Shown here piece after piece: positions 33,981 to 46,956 of a stretch of DNA of 64,000 bases. Positions within the stretch are counted from its first letter, which is position 1. The number at the start of each line of letters is the position of its first letter. The stretch is from Pristiophorus japonicus. Lineage: Eukaryota. The stretch spans positions 26,474,001-26,538,000 of the forward strand of contig NC_091995.1 of NCBI RefSeq assembly GCF_044704955.1, given 5' to 3'. The translations under genes and the position numbers were made by a program. The notes under the pieces were generated by a model, which saw only the letters and a list, made by a program, of their open reading frames with translations, was not told the DNA's origin and did no database searches.

Positions 33981-35938
33981 ATTAGGAAGGATAGACAGGA
34001 AGGTAAAGGAGGCTCTGTTAATAAAGGATGAAATCAGTGCAGTCGTGAGAAATTATATTGGCTCAGAAGATCAAGAAGTTTGGGTGGAGATAAGAAATAA
34101 TAAGGGGAGCAGTCACTGGTGAGCAGAGTTTATAGGCCCCCGAACAACATCTATACTGCTGGATGGAGTATAAATCAGCAAATAATGGAGGATTGTAAGA
34201 AAGGTACGGCAATAATCATAGGCAATTTTAATCTTCATATTGATCGGACAAATCAAATTGGCAAAGGTAGCCTTCAGGAAGGGTTCATAGAGTATATCGT
34301 GGATGGTTTCCTTGAACAATACGTTGTGGAACCAACCAGGGAGCAGCAGGCTATCTTGGATCTGGTACTATGTAATGGGACAAGATTCATAAATTACCTC
34401 ATAGTAAAGGATCCTCTCGGAAAGATTGATGGTTGAATTTAAATTAAGTTGGAGGGTGAGAAAGTTGCATCTCAAACCAGTGTCCTGAGCTTAAATAAAG
34501 ACAACTATAAAGTTATGAAAGCAGAGTTGGCTAAAGTGGACTGTGAAAATAGATTAAAGTGTAAAACAGTTGGTAAGATAAGGCAGACATTTAAGGAGAT
34601 ATTTCATAACTCTCAACAAAAATATTTTCCAGTGAGAAGGAAAGACTTTAAAGAAGGGAGAACCATCCATGGCTAACTCAGAAAGTAAAGGATGGTCTCA
34701 AATTGAAAACAATGGCGTACAAAGTTGCCAAGATTAGTGGGAGGCCAGAGAATTAGCACATTTTTAAAAACCAGAAAAGTACGACTAAAACAATAAAGAG
34801 AGGGAGACAAGATTATGAGAGTAAACGAGCAATAAATATAAAAACAGATAGTAAGAGCGTCTACACATATATAAAAAGGAAGAGAGTAGCTAAAGTAAAT
34901 GTTAGTCTCTTAAAGGATGAGACTGGGATATTAATTAATAATGGAGAACAGGGAAATGACAGAAACTTTGAACAAATATTTTGTCCAGGCCTTCAAGATA
35001 GAAGATACTAAAACTCCCAATAATAGTTACCAAGGGGCTATAGGGAAGAAGGAACTTAAAACAATCACTATCACTAAAGAAAAAGTACCTGGTAAAATAA
35101 TGGGACTAAAGGTGAACTTGATGACCTGCATGCTAGGGTCTTAAAAGAAGTGGCGACAGAGATAATGGATGCATTGGTTATAATCTACCAAAATTCCCTG
35201 GATTCTGGAGAGGTCCCAGCGGATTGAAAAAATGCCAATGTAATGCCACTATTTAACAAAGGAGGGAGGCAGAAAGCAGGAAACTATAGACCAGTCGGCC
35301 TAACATCTGCCGTTGGGAAAATGCTGGAGTCCATTATTAAGGAAGCATTAGCAGGACATTTGGAAAAGCATAATACAGTCAAGCAGAGTCAGCATGGTTT
35401 TAGGAAAGGGAAATCATATTTGACAAATTTGCTGGAGTTCATTGAGGATGTAATGAGTAGGGTGGATAAGGGGGAACTAGTGGATGTGGTGTATTTGGAT
35501 TTCCAGAAGGCATTCGATAAGGTGCCACATAAGGGTTTACTGCACAAGATAAATGCTCACGTGTTTGGGGGTAATATATTAGCGTGTATAGTGGATTAGC
35601 TAACTAACTGAAAACAGAAAGTGGGAATAAATGGGTCGTTTTACGGTTGGCAAACGATAACTAGTGGGTGCCGCAGGGATCAGTGCTGGGGCCTCAACTA
35701 GTTACAATCTATATTAATGACTTGGATAAAGGTACAGAGTCTAATGTAGTCAGGTTTGCTGATAATATAAAGATGGGTGGGCATGTCGACTAGCTGCTGT
35801 ACCCCCTCCTCCATGTCAGTCAGCTGCACATTTTGGCAGTTGCCCCCATCAGTGGCTTGTTGGTCGGCATGGTTGTGTGCTACCGTGGCTTGAGGGGCCA
35901 AATGGCCTACTCCTGCTCCTATTTCTTATATTCTTATG
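33950..35938 (+). mobile_element. CR1 LINE ORF2 (endonuclease to RT), with an internal deletion before the 3' tail
   Basis: VYRPPN, IIIGNFN, EPTREQ.AILDLVL, GNYRPVGLTS, YLDFQKAFDKV. Tail at 35892-35938. Confidence 0.9.
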
Positions 35939-38014
35939 GGAGACCAACTAGGACCATCTTTACTAATTCCTGGAGAAAGAGTGCAGAGGAGGTTTCAGGT
36001 ACCTTGATTCACAATCGCCCCTCACCCAATGCAGGAAAAGGCTAACAGACCTTATTGGAGTGATGAAAGTGAGTTCATGCTCTCCTAACACCTCACATTA
36101 CATCTGCCACACTTTCTTTCACCTTAACTTCTTTCTCACTAACACTACATAATACCTGAAGTAGCTGTTGATTGCAAAGATCTGTATGTGCGCTCACTCA
36201 CAATGGGATGCCTTGCATCTGAGATTCACAGCTGCATGTAATCGACCCAGACTTGCACTCATTACCGAAGCCCCTGGAAACTCCCACTTATCAGTCCTTC
36301 AATGCTTTGCAGGCCAAGGTGGCACACAATCGTGTCGACCAACAAGCAACTGATGGGGGCAACTCCCAAAATGTCCAGCTGACTGACATGGAGGAGAGGG
36401 TGCAGCGGCTAGTTGACATGCATGTAGTGATCCCTGTGGCTGTTGGTGGCTCCGATGGCACTGGGGGTAGCATGGTTAAGTGAAGGCCTTTGTACAGTGC
36501 CATCTCTTCCTGACAGTGCAATGGCCTACCTGGCTATTGCTTATGGCTGTGTGCAAGCTGCTTGCTGCATGGTGCAATGAAGCACCTCACCCTTACGGCA
36601 ACCCTTCTCCCATTTATGATAGCAGATGACACCCCGAGTCTCAGCCTGAGCGACACAGAGACCCTTGACGTGACTGGCAGCCACAGTCAGGAGCAGAGAC
36701 TCGACGCCCTGGATGATCTTGGTGGCATGTCAGATGAGGGAGATGGAGAAGGGGAGAGTTCTGCCAGCAACATCGCATCACTGCTTCATACAGTCCCACG
36801 CACCAGCTCAGAAACTGGGAGTCCGCGGTCAGGTACCTTAGATTTAGCAGAGGGATCTGCACTGGGTGAAGCACTGGGGCCTAGAGGGCTGCAGCATGGT
36901 GAAGTACCAAGGGAACCTCGGGTGCCATCTCTCCTGGGAGCAAGTCTTGCTGAGGAGGACTCAGACGAGCAGATCGATTTTGGGGCTTACGGAGAAAGGG
37001 TGAAGGCCATGCAATCGGAGCTCTTGGTGATAATGCAAGGGGTCGCCGAGAAGCTGTCGCAAGTGGTGAGGAGCGTGGAGGAATCTGCCTCCTGCATTGA
37101 GGACAGCTCTGTGCACACCATGGGGACCTTCATTGCCAGTGTGCAGATGTTGGTAGAATCGCAGAGTGACTGTGCGGATCCTGCTGCGATGATGCATCTC
37201 TTGGCTGAGGTGACAGCTGCCATTACACAGGCGTGAGGGAACAATCATGGCTGTGCTTCTTTGACCAGGATGGCTGCTGCCCTGGAAGCTCAGAATGCTC
37301 TCATGCATTCTGGGCAAAAGGACATGGAGCGTCTGACTGCTGTTGTCTCTGGCGGCTTCCAGAGTGTGGCTGCTCTCATGCAGTCTCAACTGGAGTCTAC
37401 ATGCGATCCGACTGCTGCCATTGCGGCTGGGTCCACCACGGTTGACCGAGGGCCTAACGGTGCCATCACACCCCACCGACATGTGCTCCAGCAGTTTGGT
37501 GGAGGAGGTAGGGTGCTGCCCCGGGGGAGTGGCGCTGGCTCCTCAGACCACGATACTGATGTGGGCTCCCCGGTTCACAGCAGCGCTGAGCCGAGACCTG
37601 CCATTCCGCAATTGCTGCCATCCATGGCATCACCCCAGCCACTTCCGACTGAAGCCGCAGGAGGAGGATGTGGCCCAGTCTGCAGCCAGCCCTTCCAAGG
37701 CCAGAGCTGTTTGAGTCAAACAGCTTCCTCTCCTGACCCACAGGAGTCTTCCCAAAGGCATGCGGCAGCCACAGGGGAGGCACTGTGGCGTAGTATAAGG
37801 ACAGGTCTGCGTTAGAGTAATGAGGAGTTGCATAAAGGTGAAAATTAATTATGTTAATGCTTTTGAAACCAATTGTTTGTGTGCTAATAAATCTTTACTT
37901 TTTGTTTAGAAATTCTGATGATGTCTCTCATTTTACTGTGTGGGAATAATGTGTGAGAGGGCTCACAGGTTGGCCCATGGGCATGGACAGATACAGGCTC
38001 AACAGGCCATTCAG

Positions 38015-38950
38015 TTAAGTGAACCGCGCAGCTATTAGACGGATTTGTGCCTCTCTTCCAGGGTCACGATGGCGACACCACCTCCTGCGTGGTTGGGCAC
38101 CCGCTTCGTGCTCCTCCCCCTGTGCCTCCTCGTCCTCCTCCACCACAAGTGCCATTGCTGCCTCCTCCTCCAATGTGCCCTCATGATTGACAGTTTGTGG
38201 AGCATGCAGCACACCAGCACGAATATGGAGACACACTCAGGCGAGCACTGCAGCGAACCCCCTGAGCAGTCCAGGCAAAGGAACCTCTGTTTGAGAATCC
38301 CAATAGTGTGTTCAATGATGGTTCTGGTGGCCATCAGACTCTCATTGTACGCCAGCTACGCAGCATTTCTAGGGTTGCTCAGAGGAGTCATGAGCCAAGT
38401 GCTCAGTGCGTAGCTCTTGTCACCCAGGAGCCAGCCGCAATCTTGATTGGGACCAGTGAGGAGGCGTGGCACACTGCTCTGCCACAGTATGAAAGAATCA
38501 AGGCTGCTGCAAGGAAACCAGGCATCCACTTCCAGAATCTTGCAGTTGTCGTCGCAAACCAGTTGAACATTGAGGGTTTTGGAATTGCTCGGGAGCATGT
38601 TAGCGTGCTCTGAGAGTGACGTGGGTGCAGATAATGACCCTCTGGACCCTGGGGAAGCCCACAATGTGCAGGAATGCTGTCTGCCGTTCCAACTGCTTGT
38701 CCCTGGTCATAGGGAAGGAGATGTAATCTGCCCGCCTCTTATACAGAGCATCCATGACCTCCTGTATCGATGTATGGGCTGCAAACTGAGAGATGTTGCA
38801 GATGCCCGCAGTCGTAGCTTAAAAGTGACCGTGGCATAAAAGTTCAGGGCTATAGTGACCTAGGAGGCCACACTCAGGGCTGTCCTCATCTGTGTTTGTG
38901 GCTCCAAGTCCTGCCTGGAGCAGATTACAGAGCTCCGTCACTACGTCCTT
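38015..38950 (-). pseudogene. Harbinger (HARBI1-like, DDE) transposase remnant
   Basis: LNVQLVCD..FPCSSLDSFIL..GWLLGDKSYALSTWLMTP and TRTIIEHTIGILKQRFLCLD.SGG.LQ..P..V...VCCMLH, frameshifted. Confidence 0.88.
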
Positions 38951-39261
38951 GTGGAATCTTAGTCTGCTCAGGCACTGATCATAATTCCGATCCCTGCATG
39001 AGAATTGGTGGTGGAAGACCCTTTTTCAATATGGCCCTGCGCCCCCACGTCTGTGCAGCCGTCTTGCTCTGTGTTGTTCCTCATTGGCTTCTCTGCTGCT
39101 CTGCTGCCTCCTCCACCTCTGCAGGCTGCTGCTGCCCAGCATCTGCCTCCGCTGCAGGTTGCCTCCTGTCCTGCTGGCCCAGTATCTGGTGCGGGAGATC
39201 CGCGTACCTCACTCTCCTCCTTAGGGCATGCCTTTGTTGAGGGCCTTCCTGTGGCAGCTCC

Positions 39262-40245
39262 CTGGTCTCCCCTCTGTAACCATCTCCCTGGCCTCCCCTC
39301 TGTCACCATCTCCCTAGTCTCCCCTCTGTCACCATCTCCCTGGCCCTCCCTCTGTCACCATCTCCCTGGCCTCCCCTCTGTCACCATCTCCCTAGTCTCC
39401 CCTCTGTCACCATCTCCCTGGCCCTCCCTCTGTCACCATCTCCCTGGCCTCCCCTCTGTAACCATCTCCCTAGTCTCCCCTCTGTTACCATCTCCCTGGC
39501 CCTCCCTCTGTCACCATCTCCCTGGTCTCCCCTCTGTCACCATCTCCCTGGCCCTCCCTCTGTCACCATCTCCCTGGCCTCACCTCTGTCACCATCTCCC
39601 TGACCCTCCCCTCTGTCACCATCTCCCTGGCCCTCCCTCTGTCACCATCTCCCTGGCCTCACCTCTGTCACCATCTCCCTGGTCGCCCCTCTGTCACCAT
39701 CTCCCTGACCCTCCCCTCTGTCACCATCTCCCTGCCCTCCCCTCTGTCGCCATCTCACTGACCCTCCCCTCTGTCACAATTTCCCTGACCTTCCCTCTGT
39801 CACCATCTCCCTGACCTTCCCTCTGTCACCATCTCCCTGGTCTCCCCTCTGTCACCATCTCCCTGGCCCTCCTCTCTGTCACCATCCCCCTGACCCTCCC
39901 TCTGTCACCATCTCCCTGACCCTCCCCTCTGTCACCATCTCCCTGACCCTCCCCTCTGTCACCATCTCCCTGACCTTCCCTCTGTCACCATCTCCCTGAC
40001 CCTCCCCTCTGTCACCATCTCCCTGACCCTCCCTCTGTCACCATGTCCCTGGCCCTCCTCTCTGTCACCATCCCCCTGACCCTCTCTCTGCCACCATCTT
40101 CCTGACCCTCCCCTCTGTCACCATCTCCCTGACCCTCCCCTCTGTCACCATCTCCCTGACCCTCCCCTCTGTCACCATCCCCTGACCCTCCCCTCTGTCA
40201 CCATCTCCCTGACCCTCCCCTCTGTCACCATCTCCTGGACCTCTC
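39262..40245. repeat. Pyrimidine-rich minisatellite, 26-27-bp unit (CTGTCACCATCTCCCTGRCCCTCCCCT), about 37 copies, inside the Harbinger element
   Basis: Direct reading. Confidence 0.93.
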
Positions 40246-42359
40246 CATGCTGGGCCGCCATGATAGCTGCCGCCCTTGCCTGCTGCCCCTACAGTCGTTG
40301 CCCCCCAACACCATCGTCTCCTCTGAGCCTCGGTGGCACACACAATGTGCAGGAATCGTTGGCCTGCCAGCACTGCCCCCATTTTTACCCCTTCACAGGC
40401 CCAGCCTCCTCGACGTGTCCTCCCTGTTCTGGTTCTGCAGGTGCAGGGGGCCTCCAACAGTCGGCAACACTTCCGCACTGTATCCTCACGCTGCTTCTCA
40501 AACAACGGGAAAAAGTCACCAACACAAAAACAACACAAAGCAACACACCTTAAAGGCACTCTGACGGTGTGCATCAGGGACTGTGCACCACCCAATAAAA
40601 CCAACTCTGGGCACTGCCGAGCGGTGGGATGATTGTTATAGCGGAATGTATCTTCCGGCCCGGGACCTCGGCGATGCGCGCAGTACCGCCAGCACCACCG
40701 CTGAACAGGGGGGAAGTGGTGCTGTGATGGTGACCGCTGGAAAACCGCGCAAGGGCAGTTGGGCGAGCGGCGACTATTACACAAAAAGTCGGCGGCCACT
40801 GCACTCTGCAGTGTGGCTGCCACTTTCTGGTGTTAAGAGGCCTGAAGGAAAGGGGCAATTTCGGCCTCTATGACTTTAAAATTGGGGCTGCATGACATCT
40901 GCAGGTCCTGGTCCTATTATCCCTCACCCTCTTAACCCCACTCACCTAAAGACTTCATTTGCTTTTGACACCCCGTGTTCAATGCCACGAGAAATCAAAT
41001 CATTGCGTTGTTTTCTCAAAAAACTTGGAAGTCCCTGGTTTTGAATTGACTGCAGACTGATAGCAAATTCCTGCAACCTGATTCTATCAGGTCCCCATGT
41101 GAAAGTTGGCCATGACAATAGTTGTCACTTGTGCCCAAATTCAAGGGCACTGGATTATGGTGACAACTTAATTCACATTGAGTTTTATATTGGGGATGTT
41201 TTGTCGGTGTTACGAACCATTCCACGATTCCGTCTATTTTTCCATCAAAATGTAAAGCCTTGATTACAATAAAGTAAAGGGACTGCTCTCCCTAAAATCA
41301 GGGTCACTAGCTGATGGTGACTGACTGAGTCAACCTCTGTTTCAGTTACATGTTTTTTGGGAGGTTTTAGGCAATGCATTCTGTGATTCCATCCCTTTTT
41401 CTGGGAGAACAGACATTTTGCCCATTTCACACTCCAGCAGTAAAGGTGCACAGCTCCAAAGGCAGGTTTGCAGATTTTGCCCAGACATACTCATCATTTG
41501 TCAATTCCAGAGTAATGTGCGGAGGCAGCTCGATATCGCCGAAATCATCGTGCACCCTGACGTCCCAGTGCCAGGGGGGTAATTTAATGTTAATGGTGGA
41601 AAGAAATGGCCGCTGTAGAATTGGCCGCCTGTTATATATCTCGCCTGATTTTCCTTTCCATTAACTTAATTGGCTTGATATATCAATATCATCCATTTTA
41701 CACCATTGCCCAAGTAAAAATGACCCACCTGATGTGTATCAATAGTGTGGGGTATATTAACCTCCTGGATTCAATTAACTGACACATAGGTAGAATGTGA
41801 GAGAAGCAGATTATACTGGCTGCTGATAACTAACTGGACACTCTATTTCACTCCTGAGGGAGTGCTGCAATGCCGGAGGTGCTGTCTGCCGACTGAGACT
41901 TTAAACTGATGTAAAAGATCCCCATGGTACTATTTTGAGAAAGAGAAGTGGAGTTAGAATCGATGGCCTACAAATGCATATCAGGTGGAGGCTCAAAACG
42001 GACAGTCAATGCAACTGAATATCAGGCGCTGTGCGTAACGGATGGCCGATATGACACTGCCCGTTTTGGGCCACCGCCCATGAAAAATTTCCAGCCCATA
42101 GAATCTTACAGCACAGAAGGAGACCATCGTGCCTGTGCCAGCATTTTGAAAGAGAGATCTAATTACTCCCACTCCCTGCTCTTTCCCCATAACCCTGCAA
42201 TGTTCTCCCCTTTAACACTTTATTCAATTCCCTGTTAAAAGTTGCTATTGAATCTGCTTCCACCACCCTTCAGTCAGTGCATTGACTTTTCCCCAGTGCC
42301 CTGCAAAATATTTTTCTCTCAACCAACATCATTAAGCAGATAAACTGGCTATTATATCA

Positions 42360-42722
42360 ATGCTGTTTGCTCCAACCTGCAATACAGCCTTTGTCCAAAC
42401 ATGGACAAAAGAGATGACCTCCAGAGGTGAGGTGAGAGTGACTGCCCTTGACATCAAGGCACATTTGACCGAGTGTGGCATCAAGGAGCCCCAGTAAAAC
42501 TGAAGTTAATGGGAATCGGGGAACTCTCCAATGTCTTGGCTTGATATCTTGAGTCATACCTAGCACTAAGGAAGATGATAGTGGTGATTGGAGGTCAATC
42601 ATCACAGCCCCAGCACATCGCTGCAGGAGTTGCTCAGGGCAGTGTCCTTGGTCCAACCATCTTCAGCTGCTTCATCAATGACCTTTTCTCCATCATAAGG
42701 TCAGAAGTGGGGATGTTTGCTA
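42360..42722 (+). mobile_element. RT fragment of the second non-LTR family (CR1/L2 group)
   Basis: GGQSSQPQHIAAGVAQGSVLGPTIFSCFINDLFSIIRSEVGMFA. Confidence 0.8.
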
Positions 42723-42759
42723 CAGTGCAGATTCACCAGAATGGTTCTGGGGCTCACAA

Positions 42760-43065
42760 CTTCAGGACATCCCAAAACATTTTACAGCCAGTAAAATATT
42801 TTTTGAAGTGCAGTCACTATTCTAATGTCGGAAACACGGCTACCAATTTGGGCACATCAAGCTCACATGTTTTAATGCTATTGGTTGAGGGAGAAATAAT
42901 GACCAGGACTCCTGGGAGAACTCCCCTGCTCATCTGAGAGGGCAGACGGAGCCTCAGTTTAACGTCTTATCCGAAATACAGCATCTCCGACAGTGCAGCG
43001 CTCCCTGACTACTGCACTGAAGTGTTCGCCCAGATTATGTGCTCAAGTACCTGGAGTGGGAGCCC
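42760..43065 (-). mobile_element. DeuSINE-type SINE, partial
   Basis: Reverse complement of the shared SINE core (TTTAACGTCTTATCCGAAA..CAGTGCAGCGCTCCCT). Confidence 0.7.
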
Positions 43066-43454
43066 ACCCGTGCCCAGGGGCCCGCTCATGTGCCAGTTTC
43101 AGGATTCTCGAGCAAGGCAGGCCATCCTAGCTGTGTCCCAGGGGCATCTGCTAGTGGCATTGAGATAAAGGGACTTCCCTCTGATCCCGTGAACTCTGGC
43201 GGGATCAGCGATGGGGAGCCAAGATTTTCACATCCCGATACTTCTGCTGGGGATATGCTGACTATGGAGTTATGGCCCCGTCGCGTGGTCCCATACAGCA
43301 CAGCATCAGCACCAACACTTCTTAATGTATTTCTATCCCAATAGTGTCTCCTGATCGGCATTTTGGAAACCTCTGCCGCAGACAAGATGCCAAAGTTCAG
43401 GACAGAAAATTCCACAGATTTACAACCCTCTGAGAGAAGAAATTTCTCATATGA

Positions 43455-43818
43455 ACATAGGCCAGACCGGGTAATGACAGCAGGTTTCCGACCTAAAGGA
43501 CATTCGTGAACCAGTTGGGATTTTACAACAATGGTCACTTTTACTGATATAAACAGAAAATGCTGAAAATTTCAGTGGGTCAGCCAGCACCAGTGGGTCA
43601 GGCACAGATGCTGCCTGACCCGCTGAGATTTCCAGCATTTTCTGTTTTTATTCCAGATTTCAGTATCCGCAGTATTTTGCTTTTGTGTCACTTTTACTGA
43701 TAGCAGCTTTTCACTTTGAGATTTTTAAAACTAAATTTAAATTCTTGAACTGCAATGGTGGGATTGGAACTTGCATTCTCTGGAATACTAGTCAAGTAAC
43801 ATGGCCACTGCACCACCC
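43455..43818 (-). mobile_element. tRNA-derived SINE of another family, interrupted by a foldback insertion
   Basis: Minus-strand A-box-like GTGGTGCAGTGG and B-box-like GTTCCAATCCC near 43760-43816. Confidence 0.6.
43550..43686. mobile_element. Foldback insertion flanked by a 16-bp target-site duplication
   Basis: GTCACTTTTACTGATA at 43534-43549 and 43687-43702. Internal inverted repeat AAACAGAAAATGCTG..CAGCATTTTCTGTTT. Confidence 0.8.
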
Positions 43819-43919
43819 TACCCTGGTAACTCATCAGCTCTTTCAATGATATATATCTTCTCCATGCTTGAGATTTCCTGGCTGCATCGTATTTCTGGTG
43901 TAGATTGACAGAAGTTTAT

Positions 43920-44470
43920 ATAAGAATATAGCAACAGCAGTAGGTCATTTAGTCCCTCGAGCCTGTTCTGCCATTTAATGAGATCATGGCTGGTCTGTGA
44001 CCTAACTCCATAGACCCAGCCGCCTTTGCCCCTTAATACCTTTGGTTAACAAAAATCTATCAGTATCAGCTTTAAAATTAACAATTGATCTGGCATCAAT
44101 TGCCATCCCGGAAGAGAATTCTAAATTTCAGTCACCTTTTGCCTGTAGAAATATTTCCTAATTTCACTCCTGAAAGATCTGCCTCTAATTTTCAGGCTAT
44201 GTCCCTAGTCCTTGACTCCACAACCAACGGGAATAGTTTCTCACTACCTACCCTCTCAGTTCCCCTCGTTTGTATAATCTCGCCTTGTAATTTAACCCTT
44301 GAGTCTAGGCATCATTCTGGACACCTACGCTGCACCCTCTCCAAGGCCAATATATCCTTCCTAAGGTATGGTACCCAGAACTGAACACAATACTCCAGGT
44401 GTGGTCCTATTGGGCTTTGTACAGCTGCAGCATAACTTCTACCCCTTTGTATTCTAGTCCTCTAGATATA
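43920..44470 (-). mobile_element. CR1 3' fragment(s)
   Basis: Reverse complement of the [11 protein letters not shown] region and of the 3' UTR. Confidence 0.75.
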
Positions 44471-44769
44471 AAGCCCAGTTGGCCTATCGAGCCTGTGCCA
44501 GCTCACCGAGAGAACGATTCAATCAGTCCTAATCCCCTGACCTCTCCCCGTACCCTTTCAAATGTTCCTTCTTCAAATATTTATCCACTTCCCTTTTAAG
44601 GCATGATCTCATTGAATGGCAGAATGTGCTGGAGGGGCTGATTGGCCTATTCCTGGTCCTTCCACCACTGTTTCTGACAGGGGACTGCATGTTCTAACAA
44701 TGCTCTGTATTAAATATTTCTCCCAAGCTTTCTCGTTGTTGTTTGGATGAGTTTTCTAAGTGTTTTCTA

Positions 44770-46245
44770 AGAGTTCCTATGGACTGGAGGGTGGCTAATG
44801 TAACACCACTTTTTAAAAAAGGAGGGAGAGAGAAATCAGGGAATTATAGACCAGTTAGCTTGACATCAGTAGTGGAGAAAATGTTGGAATCAATTATTAA
44901 AGATGAAATAGCAGTGCATTTGGAAAGCAGTGACAGGATCGATCCAAATCAGCATGGATTTATGAAAGAGAAATCATGCTTGACAAATATTCTAGAATTT
45001 TTTGAGGGTGTAATTAATAGAGCAGACAAGGGAGAACCAGTGGATGTGGTGCATTTGGACTTTCAAAAGGCTTTTGACAAGGTCCCACACAAGAGATTAG
45101 TGTGCAAAATTAAAGCACATGGTATTGGGGGTAATGTATTGACATGGATAGAGAACTGGTTGGCAGATAGGAAGCAGAGAGTCAGGATGAATGGCCCCTT
45201 TTCAGAATGGCAGCCAGTGACTAGTGGAGTAGTGCAGGGTTCAGAGCTGGGACCCCAGCTATTTACAATATACATTAATGATTTAGATGAAGGAATTGAG
45301 TGTAATATCTCCAAGTTTACAGATGACATTAAGCTGGATGGTGGTGTGAGCTGTGAGGAGGATGCTAAGGGGCGCAGGGTGACTTGGACAGGTTAGGTGA
45401 ATGGACAAATGCATGGCAGATGCAGTATAATGTGGATAAATGTGAGGTTTGGTGGCAAAAACAGGAAGGCAGAATATTATCCGAATGGCGACAGATTAGG
45501 AAAAAGGGGAGGTGCAATGAGACCTGTGTGTCATGGTACATCAGTCATTGAAGTTTGGCATACAGGCACAGCAGGCGGTGAAGAAGGTAAATGGCACGTT
45601 GGCCTCCATAGCTATGGGATTTGAGTATAGGAGCAGGGAGGTTTTACTGCAGTTGTACAGAGCCTTGGTGAGGCCTCACCTGGGATATTGTGTTCAGTTT
45701 TGGTCTCCTAATCTGAGGAAGGACATTCTTGCTATTGAGGGAGTGCAACGAAGGTTCACCAGACTGATTCCCGGGATGGCAGGACTGACACATGAGGAGA
45801 GAGTGGATCGACTGGGCGTGTATTCACTGGAGTTCAGAAAAATGAGAAGGGATTTTATAGAAACATATAAAATTCTGACGGGTTTAGACAGGTTAGATGC
45901 AGGAAGAATGTTCCCAATGTTGGGAAAGTCCAGAACCAGGGGTCACAGTCTAAGGATAAGGGGTAAGACATTTAGGACCGAGATGAGAAGAAACATCTTC
46001 ACCCAGAGAGTGGTTAACCTGTGGAATTCTCTACTGCAGAAAGTTATTGAGGCCAGTTCGTTAGATATAGACGAGGGAGTTAGATATGGCTCTTACGGCT
46101 AAAGGGATCAAAGGGTATGTTGAGAAAGCAGGAAAGGGATACTGAGATGAATGATCAGCCATGATCTTATTGAATGGTGGTGTAGGTTCGAAGGGCCAAA
46201 TGGCCAACTCCTACACCTATTTTCTATGTTTCTATGTTTCTATGT
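44770..46245 (+). mobile_element. CR1 LINE RT region with (TTTCTATG)3 tail
   Basis: ORFs 44743-45396 and 45533-46102 carry canonical CR1 RT motifs. Confidence 0.93.
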
Positions 46246-46544
46246 AAGTCCTCTAGTTATTGATTCACAGACCAGTGGAAAAATTATTTCTGTTTTATCA
46301 TAAGATTTGCATTAAACTGTTGTAATGAAATTGTTTCTTCTGTATGGTTCGACTGCCTTTAGTCAGTTGTCAGTTTGTAATTAGGCTCAGAAATTTGCCT
46401 ATTATCTGGGAGAGGTCGGAACACTCACTATGTTGAGGAGATATTTGCCTATTATTTGTAATGGCCGAGGTCATCATCTGGTACATTCCTCAGGTCTTGT
46501 GGTGCCGAGTAATTTAATGAACAACCAGCACTCCTTTCCCTCCA

Positions 46545-46740
46545 AGTGTGTGGGTCTGTGTGTATGTATGCATGTGTCCCTGTAGCTGTGCATGCGTATG
46601 TCTGTGTGTTTTGTGTGTGTGTGTGTTGGTGTGTGTCTGTGTGGGTGTCCATGTGAGTATGTTTTCTGTGTGTGTCTCAGTGTGTGTTTGTTGGTGTGTG
46701 TCAGTGTGTGTGTGTGTGTCTCAATGTGTCTGTCTGTGTA
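46545..46740. repeat. Degenerate (TG)n microsatellite
   Basis: Direct reading. Confidence 0.85.
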
Positions 46741-46945
46741 TTGGACTTGGATATATATCGTTGTTGCTTTATCATCAGTGGATCAAAATCCTAGCACTCC
46801 CTATCCAACAGCACTGTAGGAGCACGTTCACCGTATTGACCACAGCAGTTCAAAAGGACGGCTCACCACCACCTTCTCAAGCACAATTAGGGATCTGCAA
46901 TAAGTGCTGACCTTGCCAGCGACACCCACATTCAGTGAATGATCA
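46740..46945 (+). mobile_element. 3' end of the second non-LTR family
   Basis: Homologous to 10222-10440 in opposite orientation. Confidence 0.7.
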
Positions 46946-46956
46946 AAAATTAAAAT

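Larger units (their letters stand above)
35940..40868. mobile_element. Degenerate PIF/Harbinger DNA transposon (two convergent genes)
   Basis: Plus strand: Myb/SANT-associated partner remnant (QAKVAHNR..TDGG..LTDMEERV, then an acidic region, 36290-37815; AATAAA ~37886). Minus strand: HARBI1-like transposase. Putative terminus AGGGGCAATTTCGGCC at 40851-40866. Confidence 0.8.

Noticed and set aside
38015-38950. Domesticated HARBI1 host gene
   Set aside because: Frameshifted and paired with a decayed partner ORF and a terminus, so a dead transposon copy.
39005-39814. 269-aa repetitive ORF
   Set aside because: Read-through of the 26-27-bp minisatellite.
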